Positions 8,985 to 18,108 are shown, counted from the stretch's first letter. The stretch: DNA of 28,306 nt from an uncultured Flavobacteriales bacterium (GCA_964496525.1 CAZCAD010000001.1:1-28306), one strand, 5' to 3'. A program made the numbers and translations. The notes: generated from the sequence alone by a model not told the origin.

Positions 8985-10436
8985 ATGGAATCAGCAATAG
9001 GCTACGAGAAAGGGCTCAAGGAATACATTGATAACGAACGTGTCGCAGTCAAATTAGCTCACTTTGTTGGAGAACTTTTGTTTGACAAAGGAATTGAGCT
9101 TGTTCTCTTCAGAAATCACTTACTTGACATAACTACTTCGGAAATAATCAATCTGCACAATTATGCAGAAAATGTAGTTGGGAAAAAGATATTTATTAAA
9201 ACGACCTACGCACTGGCAGAAGAGATTTACAAAATGAAATTGGCTCCTGCCAAAATTGATGTCGGTCTTTTATGTCACGAATGGATTCATGAAGGTGAGA
9301 ATTACGAGACGAAGGGCGAATTTCTCCTGGATAAGCTCAGCGCCTTAATCGAGAACTCCAGTCATAGCTTCGAGCCTCGAGACGTGGTTTTATACGGTTT
9401 TGGACGAATCGGGCGTCTGGCAGCGCGAGAATTGGTTACTCAGGCAGGAAAAGGACAGCAATTGCGGTTGAGAGCAATTGTCACCAGAAGCGCCTCTGAC
9501 GAACAAATTTTGAAAAGAGCCGCTCTTCTTAGAAGCGATTCTGTTCACGGTAAATTCAAAGGAACTGTTGAAGTTGACCTCGATAACAAAACATTGGTTA
9601 TCAATGGTCAGCGTATTAGGATGATTGAGGCGAAAAATCCCGAAGACATTGATTATACTGCCTATGGCATCGACAACGCCCTCGTTATTGATAACACAGG
9701 CAGCTTCAAGGATAAGGAAGCATTGAGTCGTCACCGACAGGCAAAAGGTGTAAGCCGGGTGCTACTGACTGCTCCTGCGGCCGGAATTCCAAACATTGTT
9801 TATGGAATTAACCATTATGAATTAGATTTAAATGAAACACACATTTTTTCGGCCGCTTCATGTACAACAAATGCAATATCGCCGATTTTGAAAATAATCA
9901 ACGATAAATTCAATATCCAAAAAGGGCATATTGAGACAATCCATGCTTATACCAATGACCAGAACTTGTTGGATAATATGCACAAGAAACCTCGTCGAGG
10001 GCGTTCAGCTGCGATCAATATGGTCATCACTTCCACCGGCGCCGGAAATGCAGTAACCAAGGTAATTCCTGACCTAAAGGATAAGCTGACAGCGAACGCT
10101 GTTCGTGTTCCTACACCAAATGGATCCTTGGCAATTATGAACTTGACTGTTGAAAACAAGGTGACCGTCGAAGAAGTAAATGCAGAGGTTAAAAATGCCG
10201 CGCTTAACGGTCATTTGGTCAATCAAATCCACTACTCTTTTGACGAAGAGTTAGTATCCAACGACATTATCGGAAATACCTGTTGCGCTGTTTTTGATTC
10301 ACCGGCAACTATTGTCTCTCCTGATAGAAAGAATATGGTCATCTATACATGGTACGACAATGAGTACGGATATACGAAACAGGTAATTCGATTAGCAAAG
10401 CATGTTTCTAAGGTTCGACGGCTGAAGTATTATTAG
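8985..10436 (+). CDS. gap: Glyceraldehyde-3-phosphate dehydrogenase, long form (483 aa) with ~130-aa N-terminal extension
   Basis: VVLYGFGRIGR, DSVHGKF, catalytic ASCTTN, TIHAYTNDQ, STGAG, AVRVPTPNGS and WYDNEYGY. Confidence 0.95.
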   Translation: MESAIGYEKGLKEYIDNERVAVKLAHFVGELLFDKGIELVLFRNHLLDITTSEIINLHNYAENVVGKKIFIKTTYALAEEIYKMKLAPAKIDVGLLCHEWIHEGENYETKGEFLLDKLSALIENSSHSFEPRDVVLYGFGRIGRLAARELVTQAGKGQQLRLRAIVTRSASDEQILKRAALLRSDSVHGKFKGTVEVDLDNKTLVINGQRIRMIEAKNPEDIDYTAYGIDNALVIDNTGSFKDKEALSRHRQAKGVSRVLLTAPAAGIPNIVYGINHYELDLNETHIFSAASCTTNAISPILKIINDKFNIQKGHIETIHAYTNDQNLLDNMHKKPRRGRSAAINMVITSTGAGNAVTKVIPDLKDKLTANAVRVPTPNGSLAIMNLTVENKVTVEEVNAEVKNAALNGHLVNQIHYSFDEELVSNDIIGNTCCAVFDSPATIVSPDRKNMVIYTWYDNEYGYTKQVIRLAKHVSKVRRLKYY

Positions 10437-10470
10437 GCAAACTTCTTAAACACCAGCTGGTTAAAGCAAC

Positions 10471-10583
10471 GTCATTCCTGTCCGCCCCTGCCTGCCGGTT
10501 TACCTGCCGAAGCTTTACGTGCCCTGCCTACCGGCAGGCAGGCCGAAGGCATGCATGGCAGGCAGGTAAGACGGACGGAATCT
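10471..10583. repeat. Nested GC-rich palindrome cluster (REP/MITE-like)
   Basis: Outer ATTCC(T)GTCCG...CGGACGGAAT inverted repeat. Four CCTGCC (10487, 10491, 10503, 10523) and four GGCAGG (10533, 10537, 10557, 10561). Inner 20-nt near-perfect palindrome at 10523-10542. Confidence 0.85.
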
Positions 10584-10813
10584 TTAAAAACAAACCGCAA
10601 GGATTGGCAAAAATGGTTGTAACTACCGCATGATTGACTAATTCCTCGATAGATTTTAATTCTGCACAATCTACCGATTCAGTAGAAATATCTGATTTAC
10701 AATTACTTACATCAGACTATTGCGCGAATAAAACACATCCAAAAAGATTGAAAGACTGCACTCCTTCTATCCCTTAAATCGTTTTAGAAAAAAATCCATT
10801 CTTCTCGATTTCA

Positions 10814-10821
10814 TACTTTTG
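10814..10821 (+). promoter_or_regulatory. -7 box (TACTTTTG) for the T9SS cargo gene at 10854
   Basis: Exact TAnnTTTG 32 nt upstream of the ATG. Confidence 0.65.
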
Positions 10822-10853
10822 CGCCATTGGCGCCTAACATTTAAACTCTAAAC

Positions 10854-12557
10854 ATGAAAGCAATTCTACTTTTATTGTGTTGCAGTCAATTGGCAACTAC
10901 TTCTTTTTCTGCAACTTTTACGGTAACGAATAATGGTGATAGCGGTGCCGGATCATTGAGAGATCTGGTGGCAGCGGCATCTGTAGGCGACACCATAGTC
11001 TTCGACGCCGCGGTTGATGGAATGACAATTACTTTGACCACAGGTGCAATCACAATTATTAATGACATTGTTATTCTTGGTAACGGAATAAGCAATACCA
11101 TTATCGACGGCAATTCCGTCTCTCCTCTTTTTTTCCTTGGAAGCTCTATGCTTTTCATTCGTGACGCAATGTTACAAAACGCACTGGGAGCCGCATCGGC
11201 CGGATGTCTTACAGGCAGCTCAGGATTTACAGGTGATCTCGAATTCACCGGATGTGAAATCACCAATATGAGTAATTCCACGGGGGCTGAAATACTTTTT
11301 CTGAAAACAAATAATCCTAACACGGTTTTATTCGAAGATTGCTTTATTCATTTAAACGGCAGTGGCGGCGGAAATAATCTAATGGAAGGTCAGAACTTGA
11401 CCATTCGAAATACAACGATTACGGAAAATAATACCTCAAACACCATTATTCCAACAACAGGTGGATCATTGTTTGAAAACTGTACATTTACTGATAATGT
11501 CCATGGTGGATCAGTGATCAACCTACGAAACTCAACGATGCAAAACAATACGATCTCCGGAAACTCCGGCATGGGAGTCGAACTTTCTACCTCCACCAAT
11601 ACCTGCTACCTCTACAACAATATTATCTATGGTCAAGGTTCAAGTGATGTTTATACACCGAGTATTTCAGCCATCCCAGGTCCAACTTATTTCGTTGACA
11701 AGAATATCGTTGGAAATCCTACCGGACCTTTTACACCAAGCTTTTACAGTTCGGCTAATCCCTTGCTGGACGGAGCCGGAACGCTTGATAACGGCGGTCC
11801 AACTCCAACCCAGGCAATCATGAGCGGAAGTCCGGCAATCGACGTCGGAAATGACGGCTTCGCTCCAATCGAAGATCAGCGATATTATACGAGAGTCGGT
11901 GTTTCCGATATTGGTGCCTTTGAATTAGGTGGTGGCCCGTCATGTTTAGAGACAACAAGTTCATTTAGTGAAACTCAGTGCTTCACCTATACCGTTCCAA
12001 GTGGCGATGAAACCTATACAGCAAGTGGAATTTACATGGATACAATTCCAAATGCCGGGGGATGCGACAGTGTCATGACAATCGACGTCACGATTAACAC
12101 CGTTGATGCCGGTGTAACGCAGTCAGGCTTTGATTTAACTGCTGATGCCACCGGGGCTGCCTACCAATGGATGGATTGCAAAGACAGTAGCTTAATCTCA
12201 GGAGAGACCAACCAAATGTATACGCCCGGCATAGACGGCGATTATGCTTGTATCGTAACCGAAAATGGCTGTACTGATACTTCTGCTTGCTTTAATGTTT
12301 CCGGAATAGGATTCGGCGAAATTGAAGGTTTTAACTATTATTTATATCCAAATCCGACCGAAGGAAACATTACAATTTCGTCAGCCAGTTCAGTCGGTAC
12401 CGTCCTTGTTATTGATTTAAGCGGTCGGGCAGTCTTTAAACAAAACTTTAATCAGCCTAAATTTGAAATGGATTTGTCTAATCTTGCCTCAGGATCTTAT
12501 TATATCCGGCTGTCAACTGCGGCAGGAGAACATACCAAACCATTGCTAAAAAAATAG
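10854..12557 (+). CDS. T9SS type-A cargo: CSLREA-like N-terminus, beta-helix, choice-of-anchor Q-like domain, one GCDS repeat, Ig-like domain, CTD (567 aa)
   Basis: Signal peptide, FTVTNNGDSGAGSLRD, Asn-ladder beta-helix, NPLLD..DNGGPTPTQAIMSGSPAIDVG..DQR..DIGAFE, and C-terminal LYPNPTEG..VIDLSGR..LSNLASGSYYIRL..KPLLKK. Confidence 0.88.
   Translation: MKAILLLLCCSQLATTSFSATFTVTNNGDSGAGSLRDLVAAASVGDTIVFDAAVDGMTITLTTGAITIINDIVILGNGISNTIIDGNSVSPLFFLGSSMLFIRDAMLQNALGAASAGCLTGSSGFTGDLEFTGCEITNMSNSTGAEILFLKTNNPNTVLFEDCFIHLNGSGGGNNLMEGQNLTIRNTTITENNTSNTIIPTTGGSLFENCTFTDNVHGGSVINLRNSTMQNNTISGNSGMGVELSTSTNTCYLYNNIIYGQGSSDVYTPSISAIPGPTYFVDKNIVGNPTGPFTPSFYSSANPLLDGAGTLDNGGPTPTQAIMSGSPAIDVGNDGFAPIEDQRYYTRVGVSDIGAFELGGGPSCLETTSSFSETQCFTYTVPSGDETYTASGIYMDTIPNAGGCDSVMTIDVTINTVDAGVTQSGFDLTADATGAAYQWMDCKDSSLISGETNQMYTPGIDGDYACIVTENGCTDTSACFNVSGIGFGEIEGFNYYLYPNPTEGNITISSASSVGTVLVIDLSGRAVFKQNFNQPKFEMDLSNLASGSYYIRLSTAAGEHTKPLLKK
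11952..12095 (+). repeat. Single ~50-aa GCDS repeat unit (intragenic)
   Basis: CFTYTVPSGDETYTASGIYMDTIPNAGGCDSVMTIDVTI, the same unit arrayed in 18233.. and 20781.. Confidence 0.9.
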
Positions 12558-12575
12558 ACTCAATAAATTTTAGTG

Positions 12576-12612
12576 AAAAGGTCATCTTACTTAAACCGAG
12601 ATGGCCTTTTTT
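12576..12612. terminator. Intrinsic terminator after the 10854 gene
   Basis: AAAAGGTCATCT / AGATGGCCTTTTTT stem with one G:U pair and an 11-nt loop. Confidence 0.8.
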
Positions 12613-12658
12613 GTTGTCTTGGGCTTCCTCCGCTTCGCCTGGCAGGGCCGTGCCGAAA

Positions 12659-12710
12659 CGTCATTGCAAGAAAATTATTCGAACTTTCGGCCAAGATTCT
12701 CGCTATGACG
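12659..12710. repeat. Degenerate REP-like inverted repeat (CGTCATTGCAAG...CTCGCTATGACG)
   Basis: 12 of 14 positions pair between 12659-12672 and 12697-12710. Shares the AACGTCATT left end with the 10468 element. Confidence 0.6.
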
Positions 12711-12723
12711 CTTTTCTCAACTC

Positions 12724-12966
12724 CTAATCCAGTCCCGATTCTACAATCCTGTACTCTTCTTCTTCAATAATCTCCCATCGATCATCCAAACATTCGAGCA
12801 TGTCTTGAATCCGCAGCTTCTCGGGATACCGATCCGCATGAATTTCTATCTTCAAAAATTCCTCGCCTATCGGTTTAATCTCAACGAATTTTTCAGCCGA
12901 TGTAATTTTGTACCAAATATCCAGACTGACATATTTGCGGTATTGAGGAAATTCCCAATCACTCAT
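12724..12966 (-). CDS. Small conserved hypothetical protein (80 aa; alternative start 12984)
   Basis: MSDWEFPQYRKY.. resembles a small Bacteroidota family recalled from memory. A-rich context before ATG 12966. Confidence 0.7.
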   Translation of the reverse strand: MSDWEFPQYRKYVSLDIWYKITSAEKFVEIKPIGEEFLKIEIHADRYPEKLRIQDMLECLDDRWEIIEEEEYRIVESGLD

Positions 12967-12984
12967 TTTCTTGTTGAATATCAT

Positions 12985-12992
12985 TAAATTTG
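12985..12992 (+). promoter_or_regulatory. -7 box (TAAATTTG) for the TPR-nth operon, near-leaderless
   Basis: Exact TAnnTTTG only 6 nt upstream of ATG 12999. Confidence 0.6.
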
Positions 12993-12998
12993 TAATCC

Positions 12999-13622
12999 AT
13001 GCGTTTAAATAAGGACTATATCAAGGGTGTCGCCAAAGTTAAAAAATATGATTATAAGAAGGCTATCGTCAACTTTACAAAGGCCATTGAAGAAAACACG
13101 GCAGATGTCGAATCTTATGCTGAACGAGCAGTATGCTATCTTCATTTAAAACAATACGACCTGAGTATGTTCGACATGAACAAAGCAATTGAGCTTGAAC
13201 CTAACTACAGCTATCGATATTCTTGCAGAGCTTATTTAAAAGGCAGCTTAAAAGATATGCAGGGCGCTGTCGATGATTATCAAAGAGCAGTTGATTTAGA
13301 TCCGAAAGATATTATAGCCCTAAATAATTTGGGAATTGCTCAAGAAAATTTAGGCTATTATAAAAAAGCGCAAGGCAATTTTAAAAAGAGTAACGAACTG
13401 TTGGGATACGATCCTGAGAATCGCGAAATAGTGGGCAACATTGCCGTTGATAAGAAAAAGTACGGAGAGCCCGACGAAGATGAATCGAAAAAAACCTCTT
13501 CTAAAAGTAAAGGCCGGATTATGATAAATGTATTCTCAAAAAAGGCCGACTTCAAAGACTTTGTTCGGTTTGTAGGAAAAGGCTTTAAGCTAAAAGACAA
13601 TGACAAAAAAGGAAAAGGCTGA
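12999..13622 (+). CDS. Tetratricopeptide repeat protein, 207 aa
   Basis: About four TPR motifs (YKKAIVNFTKAIE, YDLSMFDMNKAIELEP, MQGAVDDYQRAVDLDP, ALNNLGIAQENLG) and a Lys-rich tail. Overlaps the nth start by 23 nt. Confidence 0.85.
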   Translation: MRLNKDYIKGVAKVKKYDYKKAIVNFTKAIEENTADVESYAERAVCYLHLKQYDLSMFDMNKAIELEPNYSYRYSCRAYLKGSLKDMQGAVDDYQRAVDLDPKDIIALNNLGIAQENLGYYKKAQGNFKKSNELLGYDPENREIVGNIAVDKKKYGEPDEDESKKTSSKSKGRIMINVFSKKADFKDFVRFVGKGFKLKDNDKKGKG

Positions 13623-14247
13623 GTACATCACTGAGTCCCTTGAAAAGCTGTATCCCGATCCGAAACCCGCTTTGGACTTCAAGGATTCCTATACACTTTT
13701 AATTTCCGTTCTGCTCTCGGCTCAATGTACTGATGTTCGCGTTAATCTCACCACTCCTTCCCTATTTTCAAGAGCCGACAATCCCTACGATATGATTAAG
13801 ATGAGCGTGGAAGAAATTCAGGACATCATCCGCCCATGTGGTCTGTCGCCAATGAAATCTAAAGGAATTTTTGGCTTGTCTCAACTATTAATTGATAAAT
13901 ATAATGGTGAAGTTCCAGCAGATATGGATGCACTCGAAGAACTTCCCGCTGTAGGTCATAAAACCGCATCGGTCGTGATGTCCCAGGGTTTTGGAGTTTC
14001 TGCCTTTCCGGTAGATACCCACATTCATCGGCTCTTAACTCGCTGGGGAATTACCAACGGAAAAAACGTCGTTCAAACCGAAAAAGATGCGAAAAATATC
14101 TTTCCGATCGAACTCTGGAACAAGCTGCATTTGCAAATCATTTATTATGGTCGGGAATATTCTCCATCCCGAAATCCAAAGTTGAGCGTTGATTTTATCT
14201 CTGCCGAAATAGCCTCTAAAAAAGTACTCGCTGATTTTAAGCCATAA
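13600..14247 (+). CDS. nth: Endonuclease III (HhH-GPD DNA glycosylase) lacking the 4Fe-4S cysteine motif
   Basis: LLISVLLSAQCTDVRVN, HhH LEELPAVGHKTASVV with catalytic Lys, and FPVDTHIHRL with catalytic Asp. Confidence 0.93.
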   Translation: MTKKEKAEYITESLEKLYPDPKPALDFKDSYTLLISVLLSAQCTDVRVNLTTPSLFSRADNPYDMIKMSVEEIQDIIRPCGLSPMKSKGIFGLSQLLIDKYNGEVPADMDALEELPAVGHKTASVVMSQGFGVSAFPVDTHIHRLLTRWGITNGKNVVQTEKDAKNIFPIELWNKLHLQIIYYGREYSPSRNPKLSVDFISAEIASKKVLADFKP

Positions 14248-14368
14248 TGAACAGATCCTAAAATAATCACGTCAATACGACCGGATTTCGACTTATTCAA
14301 CCGAACTAAGTTCATAATTATATTGACTACCCACAAAACTCCCTCCCTCTTCTCCCTAACTTGGAGGC

Positions 14369-14653
14369 GTGAAACGAATCTGGGGCTTCATAAAGAACAA
14401 ATATCTCCTCTCCTCGCTTTTTGTATTGGTTTATATTCTGATTTTACATGACACCGATATCCTAACGCTTATCAAGCGAAAAGAAAAAGTTGTCAGGCTG
14501 GAAACGGAGATCGACCGAAAAAAACAGGGAATTGAAGATCTTAAAATCTCCCTGGAAGAACTCGACGACATTCGTTCACTTGAAAAATATGCCAGAGAGG
14601 AACATCTGTTCAAAAAGGACAACGAAGATATCTTTATTTTTTCCTTTGAATGA
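14369..14653 (+). CDS. ftsB: FtsB/DivIC-like septum formation initiator, 94 aa (GTG start)
   Basis: Short N-tail with KNKYL, one TM helix, coiled coil, and LEKYAREEHLFKKDNEDIF C-terminal motif. Confidence 0.85.
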   Translation: MKRIWGFIKNKYLLSSLFVLVYILILHDTDILTLIKRKEKVVRLETEIDRKKQGIEDLKISLEELDDIRSLEKYAREEHLFKKDNEDIFIFSFE

Positions 14654-14783
14654 TTTTGGGTGTTAGAAGTATCCCCGATGCAAGCAAGTTCCCGACTTCT
14701 AAATTCCAACCCTCAGCCCCCAACAACTAAAACCTTTCATTCTTAAAATCTGTTAAATAAACTCTCGCAAACACCTATTTGAT

Positions 14784-14791
14784 TAAATTTG
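14784..14791 (+). promoter_or_regulatory. -7 box (TAAATTTG) for the cleaved-adhesin gene
   Basis: Exact TAnnTTTG 14 nt upstream of ATG 14806, which supports 14806 over the TTG at 14779. Confidence 0.6.
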
Positions 14792-14805
14792 GCGTTATTA
14801 AAACG

Positions 14806-15594
14806 ATGAAGCTATTCCCCATAATATTCCTGCTAATCCTTGGCGGACAGACGAAGGCTCAAATTACCTTATTGAACGAGAATTTTAGTACCGGAATTCC
14901 TTCGACCTGGGCCTTGTTGGACGATGACGGATTTACGCCTCATTCCGCTGTCTCCCAGTTTACTGCGGCCTGGATATATTATGAAAGTACCGACGATTCT
15001 TCTGCGGCGAGTACATCGTACTATGAACCTGCAGACACCGCAAGCGATTATTTGATTCTTCCAAAATTGGCCCTTCTTACATTTTCTAAATTAGTTTGGA
15101 ATGCACGCTCGGTTGACGCCTCATATCCTGACGGTTATTTGGTTTTAATTTCGACAACCGACAGCTTAAAGGCGAGTTTTACAGATACATTGAAGGTTGT
15201 TGAGGCGGAGAATTTTATCTGGCAAAAACATGGATTACTACTCGACACAGCAGGTTACGCTAATCAAGATGTTTTCATCGCCTTTCTGAACAACACGGCT
15301 GACGGATTTATTCTTGAACTGGATGATATTATCGTTCTGTCAGACGACAATGCCGCCATTAATGAAACTGAAAAAATTCAGCTGATTGTATATCCAAATC
15401 CGGCGACAGATTATTTGCATGTTCAATACCAACTTGAACCATCAGAATATTACCTCGTCCATGATCTTCGGGGAAACGTGGTTCTGAGATCTCTGGAAAG
15501 TCAGATTGATGTTTCGTCCTTGTATTCAGGGATGTACATTATCACCATTCAAACCAAAGAAGGTTTGCTTCAACAGAAATTCTTTGTAGACTAG
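14806..15594 (+). CDS. T9SS type-A cargo with cleaved-adhesin / choice-of-anchor J-like domain (262 aa)
   Basis: Signal peptide MKLFPIIFLLILGGQTKA-Q. LLNENFSTGIPSTWALLDDDG, SDYLILPKL, YPDGYLVLISTT, YANQDVFIAF and LELDDI. CTD VYPNPATD..HDLRGN..DVSSLYSGMYII. Confidence 0.85.
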   Translation: MKLFPIIFLLILGGQTKAQITLLNENFSTGIPSTWALLDDDGFTPHSAVSQFTAAWIYYESTDDSSAASTSYYEPADTASDYLILPKLALLTFSKLVWNARSVDASYPDGYLVLISTTDSLKASFTDTLKVVEAENFIWQKHGLLLDTAGYANQDVFIAFLNNTADGFILELDDIIVLSDDNAAINETEKIQLIVYPNPATDYLHVQYQLEPSEYYLVHDLRGNVVLRSLESQIDVSSLYSGMYIITIQTKEGLLQQKFFVD

Positions 15595-15695
15595 CCCCAT
15601 CTGACTGACAATCTTAAAAGCTGGAATTCACCCATTTTGATTTATGTGTGCCTTACGGAAAATTGAACCTTTCCGAATATCAAAAAAATAATCTT

Positions 15696-18095
15696 ATGAA
15701 GTCTACATTTACGCACAGAACTGTCAAATACCTGGCCGGATTGACAATCATTTTCTGTTTTATCATTTCATGCGACACAAAAGAAATGAGTCGCGCATAC
15801 GGCACTGATTCTGATTCTTCTAAATCAAGAAAATCAGATGAAAAATCGACTAAGACTGATAATAGTGAAACTAAATCGGTCGGCAATACAACATCCGACC
15901 AAACAGTTTCTAACAAGGCAGTCAAAGCTCCGGTAAACGACCCCAAGGAGGTAAAAAACCTGGAGGAATCGATAGTTATTTTGGATAAGGAAAAAAATAA
16001 GGCTGTTTTAACTGAAACAATTCTCAACTCGCCGCCACCTGATGCAAGCTCGATAAGCGAAGAGACAGAGGATCAGGGAACTACCATTACCTACTTCTCA
16101 TCGGATGTGAAAAAATCCAAAAAGAAAGCCTCGTATCTGAGTGGAGAAAAATATGACGCTGCCGGTAAAAACAATAGGGGTAATGCAGGAGGAGCATACG
16201 ACAACAGAAATATTAGAAGCGGAACAGAGTCCGTCGCCAGAACAAGAAACGAAGCTCAGTTGAAACGACAACAGAAAATTCTACTTTCTGATGAGATATA
16301 TAAACTTGAAAAGAAAGAATCCGAAAAAGGTGAAAGAACAGGCTATGATATATATACCGAAGATGAAGAAAGTGAATCCGGATTAGAGGAGGATGAAGAT
16401 GGTTTAGCCGGTATTGCTAATGGATTGGATAGAAACCTTCCTGACGTAGCTACTTTATATGAGCGTTACAATCCCTTCAACGAAAATGAATGGATCAACG
16501 CTGATGATGAAGCAACAAGTACTTTCAGTATCGATGTTGACAATGCATCTTATACCAACTTTAGAAGATACGTCAATCAAGGACAATTGCCTCCGAAAGA
16601 TGCAATTCGAATGGAAGAATGGTTAAACTATTTCAACTACGATTTAGAAGGCCCTTCAGAAACAGACGAGCATCCATTAACAATTACAACGGAGATTGGA
16701 GAATGCCCCTGGGCCAAAGAAGATGATCTGCTAATGATCAAAATGCAAGGCCGGATTGCTCAAGAAAAGGATTTACCTCCTTCAAACCTTGTTTTCCTTG
16801 TAGATGTGAGTGGTTCGATGAACCGACCAAACAAATTACCTCTTGTACAAGAAAGTATGTTGAAGTTGGTCAAAAAACTTCGTCCACAAGACAATATGAG
16901 TATTGTAGCTTATGCGGGTTATTCTAAAATCGTGCTTGAGCCAACGTCAGGTGATAAAAAAGCAAAAATTGAAAAAGCAATTAACAGCTTAACATCAGGC
17001 GGAGGAACAGCCGGATCAAAAGGAATTGAAACGGCTTATCAATTGGCGGCTGATAATTTCAATGCCAATGGAAACAACAGAGTCATTCTTGCCAGCGATG
17101 GAGACTGGAATGTTGGAATTACCGACAGAAATGCACTCAAAAAACTGATCGAAAAGAAGAGGGAAACCGGTATTTTCTTAAGTGTTCTTGGCTTCGGAAT
17201 GGGGAATTTAAATGACGCCATGATGGAAACACTCGCTGACAACGGGAACGGGAACTACGCCTACGTTGACAGCGAAAAAGAAGCTGAGCGACTTTTTAAT
17301 TATGAGTTCTCCGGAACAATGCACGTCATTGCAAAAGACGTTAAGCTACAGTTGCAGTTCAACGATGAAGAAGTTGAAGAATATCGCCTTCTTGGTTATG
17401 AGAATCGAGTGTTGGAAAACTGGATGTTCAACGATGATAAAATTGACGCAGGCGATCTGGGAATCGGACAAAATGTGGTTGCGTTCTATCAAGTGAAAAG
17501 AAAAGAAGGCTCCAGAGGGAAGCTCGGTAAGGTTGATTTTCGCTACAAACCATTGGGAAGCAATGTGAGCGCTTTACTCACACACGAGTTCGGAAAAAGA
17601 ACCAAGGAATTAAGCACAGATTATAAATTCGCCACATGCGTAGTTGAATTCGCAATGTGTTTAAGAGAAAGTGAATACAGAGGAACGTCTACAATGGAAG
17701 CGGCGATTCTGAGAGGACAACAAAATTTGGGCGACCCTTCCGGTGGACTTAGCTATGAAAAAAGAGTTGAATTTGTAGGGCTGCTTGATCCGACTTCCGT
17801 TATGTGGGAAAACTATGTCTTGGAAACGGCTCCGAACATCACTGAGAAAGAGATGAATCTAAAATTGTTCCCCAACCCTGCCAGGGATTATACAATCGTC
17901 GAAGTTCCGGAAAGCATTAGCGATAAATGGAGCGTACAGATTTACGATATGAAAGGTGGGCTGCAAAGAGTCCTTCATTTCAATAAAGTCACACAAGGCC
18001 GGATGGAAGTTGGTGATTTGACAAGAGGAACTTACATCTTAAAGGTTTATAGCGCAGGAAGCAGTTACGGTTATTTACGACTGGTTAAGAGCTAA
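15696..18095 (+). CDS. YfbK-like von Willebrand factor A protein with lipoprotein signal and T9SS type-A CTD (799 aa; track start 15648 is GTG)
   Basis: Lipobox IIS-C after a hydrophobic stretch, then a charged low-complexity linker. STFSIDVDNASY..RMEEWLNYFNY, MIDAS DVSGSM, VILASDGDWNVG, TLADNGNGNYAYVD. CTD LFPNPARD..IYDMKG..LTRGTYILKV..LRLVKS. Confidence 0.88.
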   Translation: MKSTFTHRTVKYLAGLTIIFCFIISCDTKEMSRAYGTDSDSSKSRKSDEKSTKTDNSETKSVGNTTSDQTVSNKAVKAPVNDPKEVKNLEESIVILDKEKNKAVLTETILNSPPPDASSISEETEDQGTTITYFSSDVKKSKKKASYLSGEKYDAAGKNNRGNAGGAYDNRNIRSGTESVARTRNEAQLKRQQKILLSDEIYKLEKKESEKGERTGYDIYTEDEESESGLEEDEDGLAGIANGLDRNLPDVATLYERYNPFNENEWINADDEATSTFSIDVDNASYTNFRRYVNQGQLPPKDAIRMEEWLNYFNYDLEGPSETDEHPLTITTEIGECPWAKEDDLLMIKMQGRIAQEKDLPPSNLVFLVDVSGSMNRPNKLPLVQESMLKLVKKLRPQDNMSIVAYAGYSKIVLEPTSGDKKAKIEKAINSLTSGGGTAGSKGIETAYQLAADNFNANGNNRVILASDGDWNVGITDRNALKKLIEKKRETGIFLSVLGFGMGNLNDAMMETLADNGNGNYAYVDSEKEAERLFNYEFSGTMHVIAKDVKLQLQFNDEEVEEYRLLGYENRVLENWMFNDDKIDAGDLGIGQNVVAFYQVKRKEGSRGKLGKVDFRYKPLGSNVSALLTHEFGKRTKELSTDYKFATCVVEFAMCLRESEYRGTSTMEAAILRGQQNLGDPSGGLSYEKRVEFVGLLDPTSVMWENYVLETAPNITEKEMNLKLFPNPARDYTIVEVPESISDKWSVQIYDMKGGLQRVLHFNKVTQGRMEVGDLTRGTYILKVYSAGSSYGYLRLVKS

Positions 18096-18108
18096 TCTGT
18101 TTAGCAAT

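Noticed and set aside
14663-14702. TTAGAAGT/ACTTCTAA inverted repeat after ftsB
   Set aside because: An 8-bp AT-rich stem with a 24-nt loop and no T-tract or second copy in the window; too weak to call.
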